This document shows, one piece after another, positions 53,821-64,000 of a stretch of 64,000 nt of DNA. The stretch covers positions 288,001 through 352,000 of the forward strand of contig CAWEJX010000004.1 in NCBI GenBank assembly GCA_963809485.1, written 5' to 3'. The position numbers and the translations under genes are program-made. Below the pieces are notes generated by a model. That model had not been told where the DNA came from. It did no database searches and saw only the letters and a list, made by a program, of their open reading frames with translations. Position 1 is the stretch's first letter; each line of letters starts with the position of its first letter. Origin of the DNA: an uncultured Acidobacteriota bacterium (GTDB lineage Bacteria; Acidobacteriota; UBA6911).

Positions 53821-55668
53821 ATGAAGAGGCTTTTCGAAATAATTCTGACAATGTTGGCTGTGATGGGATTGACGCTGGTTTTTGCCGCACCTCCTCAAAA
53901 GGCAGGCAAAGCTTCACCTGCGAAACAGGCTGGTGGAACCAAAGAGCCGGTGTACCAGTTCCTGAACCCGAAGGGACTTCCGGGGCCGATCAAGGTACAG
54001 GGACTGGCACCCCGTCTTGACACGATCAAGGGCAAGACGATCTACGTTGTTGCCTGCGAAGCCGGTCCGCAGACCGGGCCGTATTTGTATAACTATTTGA
54101 AGAAGCAATACCCGGATACGAATTGGGTTCACATACAGCACAATGGCATGGGCCCTACCGATCCGAAAATCGAAGGGGACATGCTGCAAAAGGCCGACGG
54201 GCTGATAGGTGGGCAATCGTGGTGAGGGGCCGCCACCAGTGTTCAGTCTGAATACAATACAAAGGTAGAGAAAGCCGGAATCCCCACCGTCAGATTTGGT
54301 TTTGCCGACCAGAAGAAATATTTCGAGCGAACTGCCCGGCTCAATAATGTGCCCCAAATGCGATGGGTAAGCATCCCACGCACGGGCCCGCCGGAACAGC
54401 GCATATATCCCATTGCGCCGGCTCTCATTGAAGCCCTGACCAAACCTCTGACCAAAGAGGAGATGTATGTGGGCACGTACACGCCGGAAATGCCGCCGAG
54501 GTATATCTTCAAGGGCACCTATGATGAAGCCATTGAATTTTTCAATGCAACCGAGCATGTGGATTCAGCGGATGCCGATATCAGCATTTACAGCGACGGC
54601 TCCCCAATCATACCGCCAACCGAAGAGAAGGTGGCGAAGATGCTCACCGGCACCAGCCTCAAGCCCGATACTGTCGTAACGGATGCAAAAGGAAATCCCG
54701 TTCGATTTTCCAGGTACGAGACGGTCACGGTGGAAAAGGTGGCCATTATCGGCGCGATGGCCGGCTGCAAGCCGGAATACATGCCCGTCCTGCTCGGGAT
54801 AGCTGAACTGGGCGGCGCCAGCACCAATTGCCCCGGCACCAGCAGTTCCGAGGGCACGCTGTATGTTGTCGACGGTCCCGTTGCCAAGGAGGTGGGTATT
54901 GGAGCCAGGCACGAATTCCTGGACTGGGGGAACCGGGCGAATGTGAGCCTTGCCAAAGCAGCCCGGCTCATGACGATCAATTTTGGCGGCTGCGTTGCGG
55001 GCATCGTCCGCACGGATGCCGGCAATCCGATATCTTCAGTCATTGCTGAGGATAGAGATGGCTTGCCTCCAGGCTGGGAAACCGTTGGAGAGGATTTTGG
55101 TTTCAAGAAAAATGACAGTGTTCTTGTTAAACTCGGAACGCGCGGTTTTGGGGTCAACGAGTTTGCCCCGGGCGCGTCCCGAAGGCTCCAGGACGGCATC
55201 GGAAGCTTAGCGGATGACCTGGGCGTGCTGGGAAAACCCGGGCCGCATAACATTCTTGCCTGGCTCGTTCCCCGCATCGCTCCTTTATACATAAACTTGG
55301 GGCACGTCTTCGTCATGGTGCCCAATCTGGCCAGGCCGGTCGGACAGATATACCCGACCAAGGCCGCTGTCTATGAATGGCTGTTCAACGATTTCAAGGC
55401 CACCATCCGCGACTATCAGCATCACGGCTGGTGGGAATTTAATACAGGGAACGGCGATCAGAAGGAAGGTACCAATAAAGAGGGTCTTTCGTTTAATCAG
55501 CTGATTGAAAAGTATGGTCTTGATTACAAAATCCCCGTCTTTGGCTCGAGAAGCCCCAAAGAAAACCTCATCATCGTGGGCGGCGGCGGAGCGGATGAAT
55601 CGATCTGGCATTTCGGCCTCCAATTTGGCGGTCGAGGCCGGGCTGTCACCATAGATAGATGGCGGTAA
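53821..55668 (+). CDS. Sec-pathway-exported UGSC-like selenoprotein, tandem copy 1 (615 aa; TGA 54223-54225, QSW-U-GAAT)
   Basis: AAAGGAG RBS; signal peptide; reads in frame past the TGA (GAATSVQSEYNTKVEKAGIPTV) into the 54349 ORF; DGSPIIPPT and MAGCKPEY; hairpin at 54239-54255. Confidence 0.85.
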
Positions 55669-56191
55669 AGCAAGGCCAAATTAGCCTCAGTCATCGAATT
55701 GCGGCCGTCGAGCCGCAACCAAATTGAGCCTGCGGGTAGGTCCCGTCCGGCGGACGGGACCTACTTGGACGGATCTGGAGCAGCCGTCCGCACATTCGAA
55801 AAAGCAGGGGAGTGGAGGATCCGACCCCTTTCTCCTATCACGTCATTTACCGCCATTACAGGGCTTTGCCTTTTATTGCTTCCCTGCCCGGGGTTTCTCT
55901 GCGTCGCGTTTTCAGCGCTTCGTGCGCACCCTTTGAAGTCCGACTCACCTGATAAGAGCCTTGCGCAATTTTCCCTTGTGTGAAGATAACATTGCCCCTA
56001 TGATAAGCTCATTTCCTAAACAAATAGGACGCTTCACCGTCTGTTCCACAAAATTGCTTGGTTTGGCCCTTTTGACGAAGTTCACGAGCCAACGCGAAGA
56101 AACTTCTTTGAAGTTCAAGAAGAATGAAGGGATTAAAGGGCGATACGCATTGCCGCACATATAAACTACCTGTTTCGAAAGGAGATTTCTT

Positions 56192-58030
56192 ATGAAGAGG
56201 CTTTTCGAAATTGTTTCGATGGCATTGGTTGCGGTGTGGTTGACCTTCGCTTTTGCCGCACCTCCTCAAAAAGCAGGCAAAGCTTCACCTGCGAAACAGG
56301 CAGGTGAAACTAAAGAGCCGGTGTACCAGTTCCTCAATCCAAAGGGAATTCCGGGTCCGATAAAGGTACAAGGACTGGCACCACGTCTTGACACGATCAA
56401 GGGCAAGACGATTTACGTTGTTGCCTGCGAAGCCGGCCCGCAGACCGGGCCGTATTTGTATAACTACTTGAAGGAGCACTATCCGGACACGAATTGGGTT
56501 CACATACAGCACAATGGCATGGGCCCGACCGATCCAAAAACCGAAGGGGAAATGCTGCAAAAGGCCCAGGGTTTGATCGGAGGGCAATCGTGGTGAGGGG
56601 CCGCTACAAGTGTTCAGTCTGAATACAATACAAATGTAGAGAAGGCCGGAATCCCCACCGTGAGATTTGGTTTTGCAGACCAGAAGAAATACTTTGAGCG
56701 AACTGCTCGGCTCAATAATGTACCCAAATTGCGCTGGGTAGACATTCCACGCACGGGCACACCGGAAACGAGGCTATATCCGATTGTTCCGGCTCTGATT
56801 GAAGCCTTGACCAAGCCTCTGACCCAAGAGGAGATGTATGTGGGCACGTACACGCCGGATCCACCGGAAAGGTATATCTTCAAGGGCACCTATGATGAAG
56901 CCATAGAATTCTTCAACTCGACCGAGCATGTGGATTCGGCCGATGCCGATATCGGCATCTACAACGACGGCTCCCCCATAATCCCGCCGACCGAGGAGAA
57001 GGTGGCGAAGATGCTCGCCGGCACCAGCCTCAAGCCGGATACGGTAGTAAAGGATGCAAAAGGGAATCCGGTGAGATTTTCCAGATACGAAACCGTTACG
57101 GTGGAAAAGGTGGCCATTATCGGCGTCATGGCCGGCTGCAAGCCGGAATACATGCCGATCCTGCTGGCAATGGCCGAGCAAGGCGGAGGCAGCACGAATT
57201 GCCCGGGAACCAGCAGTTCTCCAGGAGTTTTGTATGTCGTCGACGGTCCCATTGCCAAGGAGATAGGCGTTGGTGCCAAACACGAATTCCTGGACTGGGG
57301 GAACCGGGCGAATGTGAGCCTTGCCAAAGCAGCACGGCTCATGACGATAAACTATGGCGGCTGCATTGCGGGTATCGTCCGCACGGATGCCGGCAATCCA
57401 TTGTTTTCAGTCATTGCCGAGGATAGAGACGGCTTGCCTCCGGGCTGGGAAACCGTTGCCGAAGATTTTGGCTTCAAGAAAAATGATAGTATTCTAGCCA
57501 AACTCGGAACGCGTGGCTTTGGGGTCAACGAGTTTGCCCCGGGCGCGTCGCGCAGGCTCCAGGACGGCATCGGAAGCCTGGCGGATGATCTTGGCGTGCT
57601 GGGGAAATCCGGGCCGCATAACATACTTTCGTGGCTCGTTCCCCGCATCGCTCCTCTATATATAAACACGGCTCATATCTTCGTCATGGTGCCCAATCTC
57701 GCCAAGCCGGTCGGACAGATGTACCCGACCAAGGCCGCCGTGTACGATTGGCTGTTCGGCAACTTCAAAGCAACCATCCGCGATTATCAGCATCACGGCT
57801 GGTGGGAATTTCAGACAGGAATCGGCAGCCAGGTCGAGGGAACCAACAAAGAGGGTCTGACGTTTAATCAGCTGGCTCAAAAGTACGGTAGCGATTACCA
57901 GATCCCCAGGTTCGGATCGAGAAGCCCTAAAGAAAACCTCATCATAGTAGGCGGCGGCGGAGCGGATGAGTGCATCTGGCACTTCGCAGGCGGCCGAGGC
58001 CCCGCGGTCAACCTGGATAAATATCGCTAG
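56192..58030 (+). CDS. UGSC-like selenoprotein, tandem copy 2 (612 aa; TGA 56594-56596)
   Basis: Same architecture, with TGA at codon 135 and an identical hairpin at 56610-56626. Confidence 0.85.
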
Positions 58031-58067
58031 AGCCTGGTTTCATTGAGCCATTATTCATCGGAAACAG

Positions 58068-58094
58068 GAAGGGGGTAAATTGGTTGCCCCCTTC
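58068..58094 (+). terminator. Strong hairpin between copies 2 and 3 (terminator or RNA stabiliser)
   Basis: GAAGGGGGTAA-ATTGG-TTGCCCCCTTC; weak U-tract. Confidence 0.45.
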
Positions 58095-58195
58095 TCCTCA
58101 TTGGTGTGATAAGTAAATTCATAGACTTTCACAAACCGAACCGCAGATTCCATGGGTATCAGGGTAATTTGCCTATTTCGAAAGGGAGATTTCGT

Positions 58196-60040
58196 ATGAA
58201 GAGGCTTTTCGAAATTGCTGCGATGGTATTGATTGCGGTGTGGTTGACCTTCGCTTTTGCCGCTCCGCCTCAAAAAGCTGGCAAAGCTTCACCTGCGATA
58301 AAGGCAGGTGAAACTCAAGAACCGGTGTACCAGTTCCTCAATCCGAAGGGAATTCCAGGCCCGATCAAGGTGCAGGGACTCGCGCCGCGTCTTGACACGA
58401 TCAAGGGCAAGACGATCTACGTTGTTGCATGCGAAGCCGGTCCGCAGACCGGGCCGTATTTGTATAGCTATTTGAAGAAGCAATACCCGGATACGAATTG
58501 GATTCACATTCAGCACAATGGCATGGGCCCGACCGATCCGAAAACCGAGGGCGAAATGCTGAAAAAAGCCCAGGGGTTGATAGGAGGGCAATCGTGGTGA
58601 GGGGCCGCCACCAGTGTTCAGTCTGAATACAATACAAATGTAGAGAAGGCCGGAATCCCCACCGTCAGATTCGGTTTTGCAGACCAGCAAAAATATTTTG
58701 AGCGAACTGCCCGGCTCAACAATGTGCCCAAATTGCGCTGGGTAAGCATCCCACGCACCGGCCCGCCGGAAACGAGGCTCTATCCCATTGTTCCGGCTCT
58801 GATCGAAGCCTTGACCAAACCTCTGACCAAAGATGAGATGTATGTGGGCACCTATACGCCCGACATGCCGCAAAGGTATGTCTTCAAAGGCACCTATGAC
58901 GAAGCCATTGAATTCTTCAACGCGAGCGAGCATGTAGATGTAGCCGATGCCGAAGTCAGCATTTACACCGACGGATCACCCATCATCCCTCCGACCGAGG
59001 AGAAGGTGGCGAAGATGCTCACCGGCACCAGCCTCAAGCCCAATACTGTCGTAACGGATGCAAAAGGGAATCCGGTGCGGTTTTCCAGATACGAAACCGT
59101 TACGGTGGAAAAGGTGGCCATTATCGGCGTTATGGCCGGCTGCAAACCGGAGTACATGCCGGTGCTGCTGGCAATAGCCGAGCAGGGCGGCGGCAGCACC
59201 AACTGCCCCGGCACCAGCAGTTCTCACGGCACCGTGTATGTTGTCGACGGTCCCATTGCCAAAGAGGTGGGTATCGGCGCCAGGCACGAATTCCTGGACT
59301 GGGGGAACCGGGCGAATGTGAGCCTTGCCAAAGCCGCCCGGCTCATGACAATCAACTTCGGCGGCTGCATTGCAGGCATCGTGCGCACCGATGCCGGCAA
59401 CCCGCTGTTTTCGGTCATTGCAGAGGATAGAGAGGGCTTGCCTCCAGGCTGGGAAACCGTTGGCGAGGATTTTGGTTTCCAGAGAAAAGATAGCGTTCTT
59501 GTAAAACTTGGAACGCGTGGTTTCGGTGTCAACGAGTTTGCCCCGGGCGCATCCCGCAGGCTCCAGGACGGTATTGGAAGTCTGGCGGATGACCTGGGCG
59601 TGGTGGGGAAACCCGGGCCGCATAACATACTTGCGTGGCTCGCTCCCCGCCTTGCTCCTTTGTATATAAACACGGGGCATGTTTTCATCATGGTGCCCAA
59701 TTTGGCCAAACCGGTCGGCCAGTTATACCCGACCAAGAATGCCGTCTACGAATGGCTGTTCAACAATTTCAAGGCCACCATCCGCGACTATCAACATCAT
59801 GGCTGGTGGGAATTTTTCACGGGGAATGGCGAACAGATAGAAGGAACCAACAAAGAGGGTCTCTCATTCAATCAAGTGGCCAAAAAGTATGGTCTTGACT
59901 ACAAGGTTCCCGTCTTCGGTTCAAGAAGCCCTAAGGAAAACCTAATCATAGTAGGTGGTGGAGGAGCGGATGAGTGCATCTGGCACATCCATCTCCTCGG
60001 TGGCCGAGGCTTCGCCGTCAACATAGACAGATGGCGGTAG
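58196..60040 (+). CDS. UGSC-like selenoprotein, tandem copy 3 (614 aa; TGA 58598-58600)
   Basis: Same architecture, with TGA at codon 135 and an identical hairpin at 58614-58630. Confidence 0.85.
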
Positions 60041-60453
60041 CCGTTCATCTGGGAAAGAACCTGGCAGTCCTCGAGATCAGCGGAGGGATTTGGGAAGCAT
60101 GCACCCGCACCAAGGAGGAACCGGGCTGGAGACCTGTCCTCATGCCCGAAGCCCGGACGGGGATTGCAACCGTGGATCAGGAGGCCTGCTTCCTGCCGGG
60201 CGCGAAGGCAATCAAGGACAAGACGAAGGCAACGGTCATTTTGGTAGGAGGGTTCAGGTCGTTCAGCAAAATTGAAGAGATGTTGCATACAAAGGCAGCA
60301 GATTTTGTAGCGCTTTGCCGGCCCCTCATCCGTCAGCCTGATCTTCCCAACTTGTGGCGTTCCGGAAAGGGACCGGACAAGGCGGAATGCATTTCCTGCA
60401 ATACCTGCCTTCCGATAGGCACCGCAGCTCCGGGCTGCAAGATGGATGTGTAG
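60041..60453 (+). pseudogene. 3' fragment of an NADH:flavin oxidoreductase (old yellow enzyme family)
   Basis: LEISGG, VILVGGFRS, ADFVALCRPLIRQPDLP and CISCNTC; N-terminal barrel missing. Confidence 0.8.
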
Positions 60454-60628
60454 ATAGTAATCGGGCAGAGCTGCAAGGATTTTGTGATGCTCCAGCCTAA
60501 TTGCTTACGGTCTTACATGCAAAAAATGGGTCTCCATAATGCGCCCAAGGCCCGTCTTCCATGGCAAAAACTGAGTTATCAATAATCCTTTGAAGGTCTT
60601 ATCGTGGTCCGACCCATTCACCCCCCAT

Positions 60629-60847
60629 TCACCCATTCACCAATAGGGAGAAAACGAGGCCGCCCAGCCAAAAGGACAGGACAAAGGCGATTGCCAGCGT
60701 AAGCATGGTTCCAAGCACCAAAAGCGTTGCTTTGGGCTTCCGCGGCCTGATTAAAAAAGCGGCAAGGATGGTGAGGAAAAGCGAGCCTGCAACGATCGCA
60801 AAGACAATCCATCCCAACCATTCGATGTGGCCGACCTGGTTCATCAT
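60629..60847 (-). CDS. Small two-TM membrane protein, translationally coupled to the NrfD-like gene
   Basis: ATGA overlap at 60844-60847; two hydrophobic segments. Confidence 0.65.
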   Translation of the reverse strand: MMNQVGHIEWLGWIVFAIVAGSLFLTILAAFLIRPRKPKATLLVLGTMLTLAIAFVLSFWLGGLVFSLLVNG

Positions 60848-62139
60848 TCCGGCTGCTCTTCCGCTTTCTCCATCTCGGTGAGAGGGATTATGGGAAAGAA
60901 TTTTGTGAACAGCATAAACAGCAGCGCCACCATGACGAATGTGCCCATCACCAGGGACCACTCCACCCACGTTGGGCTGTAGCTTCCCGGCGGATAGGGG
61001 AGGTAGGGCCGAGTCAGGGAAGGCACCACGATGAGGAACCGCGTAATCCAAAGGGTAACCACAACAAGGGCAGACGCAAAAACCGTAGTCCCTATTTTGA
61101 AGACGCGGGGAAAGACCGTGTTGAGGAAAAATATCGTAAACGCGATAAGCAACGCCGCAACCTGCACCCAATAGAGCCAGGCAAACTCAAGGTTCGACCA
61201 TGCCATCGAAACCTTAAGCTCCGGCACCGGGCCCGCATACTTTACCGTCACGAACTCCGACAGCATAAAATAGATGTAAAGAATGGACACCCAGGAAAGG
61301 AATTTCCCCATGCCCCGGAATATCCGGGGCTTTATATACTCCTGCCAACCGAATATCTGCCGACTGGCGGCGGCCATAACGACAACAGCGGCGACTCCGG
61401 ATAAAACCGCACCCACTACGTAATATGGGCCCATGATGGCGCCATACCAGCCCGGCCTCCCCACCATCAGGCCAAATACCCAGGCAACATTGGTGTGGAC
61501 CATGACCATGATCGGGAAATTGAAAACGCTTGCCCACCAGACGATCTTTTCAATTCGCTCCCGTTCGCCGGGTTCATAGGCCGGCAGCAACCGCTTATAC
61601 AGCCATTGCAGCCTGGGATGGCTATTCGCCAGCCTGGCCAGGTCCTCCCGCATCTCCAGGTATAGATAGGTAACGGAAAATATCAGGTAGGTCGCAATGG
61701 CAGTGATGTCCCAGACGAGGGGCGACGATGCCAGACGCTGAGGATAGTAAAGCAGCAGGTAAAAAATCCTGTCCGGCCGGCCGATGTCGAAAAGCAGAGA
61801 GAATCCCGCCATCAGCAGGCTGAAGACGGTTACCAGCTCGGCTATCCTGGCCAGCGGTATATAGTCTCTGAGTTTGAGCAGACGTATCGCTGAGGCGATG
61901 GCTATACCGGCGTGCGTAATCCCGATAAAGAAGATGAAGTTGGTCATATACACTCCCCAGGGCGAACCGCCGGGGATGTCTCTCATGCCCGTCACCTCCA
62001 GCCCGGTTCTAAGCTGGGTAATCCAGGCGAAAGCGAACCAGGCAAGGCCAAGGAGCAGAAGCCCCAGAAAAAGGTAGTACTTCCGGGTGGTATGGAGCAG
62101 AGGATACCAGAGCTTCTCCTCAAATGTTGCAGCGCGCAT
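60844..62139 (-). CDS. NrfD/PsrC-family membrane anchor
   Basis: PWGVYMTNFIFFIG, DIGRPDR, SPLVWD, VMVHT and YSPTWVEW. Confidence 0.92.
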   Translation of the reverse strand: MRAATFEEKLWYPLLHTTRKYYLFLGLLLLGLAWFAFAWITQLRTGLEVTGMRDIPGGSPWGVYMTNFIFFIGITHAGIAIASAIRLLKLRDYIPLARIAELVTVFSLLMAGFSLLFDIGRPDRIFYLLLYYPQRLASSPLVWDITAIATYLIFSVTYLYLEMREDLARLANSHPRLQWLYKRLLPAYEPGERERIEKIVWWASVFNFPIMVMVHTNVAWVFGLMVGRPGWYGAIMGPYYVVGAVLSGVAAVVVMAAASRQIFGWQEYIKPRIFRGMGKFLSWVSILYIYFMLSEFVTVKYAGPVPELKVSMAWSNLEFAWLYWVQVAALLIAFTIFFLNTVFPRVFKIGTTVFASALVVVTLWITRFLIVVPSLTRPYLPYPPGSYSPTWVEWSLVMGTFVMVALLFMLFTKFFPIIPLTEMEKAEEQPE

Positions 62140-62146
62140 GCCTGAT

Positions 62147-62890
62147 TCACCTTTTCAGCTGGTAGGGTATCTCCTCGATCTGCCTTGCTTTTTCCGTGGT
62201 CGGCATTTTGCCCAAATAGTAAACCTTCGGCTCCGTGCCCAGTTCTTCCAGCAGGCGATGGGAGGGCTTTTGTGCCAGCAGTCTGGAGATTTCGCTGTTC
62301 GGATCTGCAAGATCACCGAAGTGCAGCGCCTGGGTAGGGCAGTTGGCCACGCAGGCGGGATTCATTCCCTTCTCCACCTTATGGACGCAGAAGGTGCACT
62401 TCTCTGTGACGCCGATGCGCTGTCCTCCCCCGGAGATATGCCTCTTATCCCTGCCGCAGGCTTCGCTCAGGTCGGGATTTTTGTAAGGAGGCACGGCGCC
62501 ACCGGTGGCCGGGAGAAGCTCTTTGTCATGCCAGTCCAGATAGTAGTTGTCAGCCGGCTTTTTCCAGTTGAACTGATTAACTCCATAAGGACAGGCCACC
62601 TCGCAGTAACGGCAACCTATGCAGCGCTCAAAGTCAGTCGATACCAGGCCATCCTCGCGCATATATCGAGCCCCTACCGGGCAGACCTTCACGCATGGGG
62701 CATTGTGGCAATGCATACAGGGCCGAGGCATGAACGCGATCCGGACATTGGGATATTCGCCTTCCTCCAGCCGGAAGACATACATCCAGAAGATGCCCCG
62801 GGGCGTGTTGTTTTCAACCTTGCAGGCGAGCATGCAGGCCCGGCAGCCCGTACATCTATCCAGATCGATCACCATTCCGTATCTAGCCAT
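62147..62890 (-). CDS. Four-cluster 4Fe-4S subunit (DmsB/NrfC/PsrB type)
   Basis: CTGCRACMLAC, CMHCHNAPCVKVCP, CIGCRYCEVACP and KCTFC...PACVANCP. Confidence 0.95.
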   Translation of the reverse strand: MARYGMVIDLDRCTGCRACMLACKVENNTPRGIFWMYVFRLEEGEYPNVRIAFMPRPCMHCHNAPCVKVCPVGARYMREDGLVSTDFERCIGCRYCEVACPYGVNQFNWKKPADNYYLDWHDKELLPATGGAVPPYKNPDLSEACGRDKRHISGGGQRIGVTEKCTFCVHKVEKGMNPACVANCPTQALHFGDLADPNSEISRLLAQKPSHRLLEELGTEPKVYYLGKMPTTEKARQIEEIPYQLKR

Positions 62891-64000
62891 TTGGCGTTCC
62901 GCTCTTATACACCCGCACCTTCACGTGATAGGACTGATCCTGCGTATTTGCCACGTAGCCCTCTCCCGAGAAGTAGAGCGTGTTGGGGGTGGGTCCTTGT
63001 CCGCTTGCCCAAGGGTGGCGGGCCACTTCCCCAAAGTGATGCGGCATGGCCACGACATCCGGCCGGATACCCTCGGTGAACGCAACCTTCACCTCAACCC
63101 GGCGAGTCTCTCCGGTGACGGCATTATGGGACTCTACCCATACCCGGTCATTATCCTGGATTTGACGCCGGCGGGCGGTCCCGGGATTTATGCACAGCCG
63201 TTGCTCCGGTGCCAGCTCCGCAAGCAAGGGAATGTGCGATGAACGCGATTCCTTGAATTCCATCATCTTGTAGGTCACAAGGTAAAGGTCATATTCGGGA
63301 GGGGAATTTTCCATGCTGAGTGACCGCCAGACAGGAAAGGCGGTGTAGTCGCGCCAATAGACTTCTTCGACGCCCCTGGCTTGCATCTCCTCCCGATAGC
63401 GCAACAGGGACTCCCCATAGAGCCGGTGGCGGAGTCCTTCAAAAGGCGGCGTCTGGGCAGAGCCGTAGAATCTCTTCGCCGGGATTGGGCCGTGAACCTT
63501 TACTCCCTTCTTCTCAAAATACCCTATTCCCTCCTCAATCCCCCGCGACCTGGCCCAGCGGTCCAGGATCTCTCTGGCCGTGGGCTTGCGATTCAAATCC
63601 AGACTGTACGACTCCCACAAAGCCAGCGCCTTGTTGATCGCATCAAGGTAGCCTCCTTCACCGAACAGGAAGCCTGCCTTATCGCACAGGTCCAGGTAGA
63701 TTTCAATTTCTCCCCGGGACTGGAATAGGGGTTCCATGGGAGGCAGGCGCAGGGTGGTGGCGTCGGTATACTGGTCCGAAACAGACAACGGTCCTTCGAA
63801 CTTTTCTATGGTGGCTGCCGGCAGAACCACATCGGCGAAGTAATCTGCGGTCTTGCTCAGCCAGGGATCGATGGTAATGATGAACTTGAACTTCTTATAG
63901 GACTCCCAGACAGCTTTTTGATCGGGAAACGTCAGCGCTCCATTGTTCATGTGGATAATGAGCACCTCAGGGACGTAGTCCACGCCATACTTTTGAGGGT
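62883..64000 (-). CDS. DMSO-reductase-family bis-MGD catalytic subunit (5' end outside the window)
   Basis: IDPWLSKTADYFADVVLPAAT, INPGTA..DNDRVWVES and EGIRPDVVAMPHHFG. Confidence 0.9.
   Translation of the reverse strand, partial: PQKYGVDYVPEVLIIHMNNGALTFPDQKAVWESYKKFKFIITIDPWLSKTADYFADVVLPAATIEKFEGPLSVSDQYTDATTLRLPPMEPLFQSRGEIEIYLDLCDKAGFLFGEGGYLDAINKALALWESYSLDLNRKPTAREILDRWARSRGIEEGIGYFEKKGVKVHGPIPAKRFYGSAQTPPFEGLRHRLYGESLLRYREEMQARGVEEVYWRDYTAFPVWRSLSMENSPPEYDLYLVTYKMMEFKESRSSHIPLLAELAPEQRLCINPGTARRRQIQDNDRVWVESHNAVTGETRRVEVKVAFTEGIRPDVVAMPHHFGEVARHPWASGQGPTPNTLYFSGEGYVANTQDQSYHVKVRVYKSGTPNG

Noticed and set aside
6314-58600. Genome-wide UGA reassignment (code 4/25) as the explanation for in-frame TGAs
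   Set aside because: TGA clearly ends genes at expected C-termini (7591, 52751, 60844, 62147), long ORFs have no other internal TGA, and Trp is encoded by TGG.
60460-60620. GntR FCD-like fragment (EHHKILAAL) on the minus strand
   Set aside because: A single short motif with nearby stops; insufficient evidence.
1-64000. selA/selB/selD, tRNA-Sec, rRNA, tRNA or riboswitches
   Set aside because: None recognisable in this window, so the Sec calls depend on machinery encoded elsewhere.

Overview
A GC-rich bacterial window, most likely from an anaerobic Acidobacteriota-like organism (inferred from the Ser/Thr-kinase-TPR gene and the many Tat/Sec-exported enzymes). It is dominated by redox and catabolic enzymes: an aldehyde:ferredoxin oxidoreductase, an ALDH, two orphan xanthine-dehydrogenase-family Mo subunits, two AprAB-like flavoprotein/ferredoxin pairs, two sulfatases around an octaheme-TPR cytochrome, esterases, cupins and a partial DMSO-reductase-family (CISM) operon. 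The main hidden signal is six genes that the ORF track splits at one in-frame TGA, each followed by a small SECIS-like hairpin whose loop G lies about 19-21 nt downstream. Five are exported UGSC-type proteins: two with UxxC, and three tandem paralogs with an unusual W-U-G-A-A motif. The sixth (19869..18907, minus strand) looks like a selenoprotein of an unrelated, apparently uncharacterised family (GA-U-PSGPTAW). Also present are a RAYT-type Y1 transposase pseudogene flanked by outward-facing GGGTGTCC-anchored 'stutter' arrays, a complete IS4/DUF4338 element inserted with a 9-bp TSD into an IS200-end-like palindrome, a HigBA module with operator and flanking 21-bp direct repeats, and a probable uORF (MIVL) translational attenuator on rsgA. 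Several genes carry single-base frameshifts, which may be assembly errors. No rRNA, tRNA, CRISPR array or sel machinery genes were seen.
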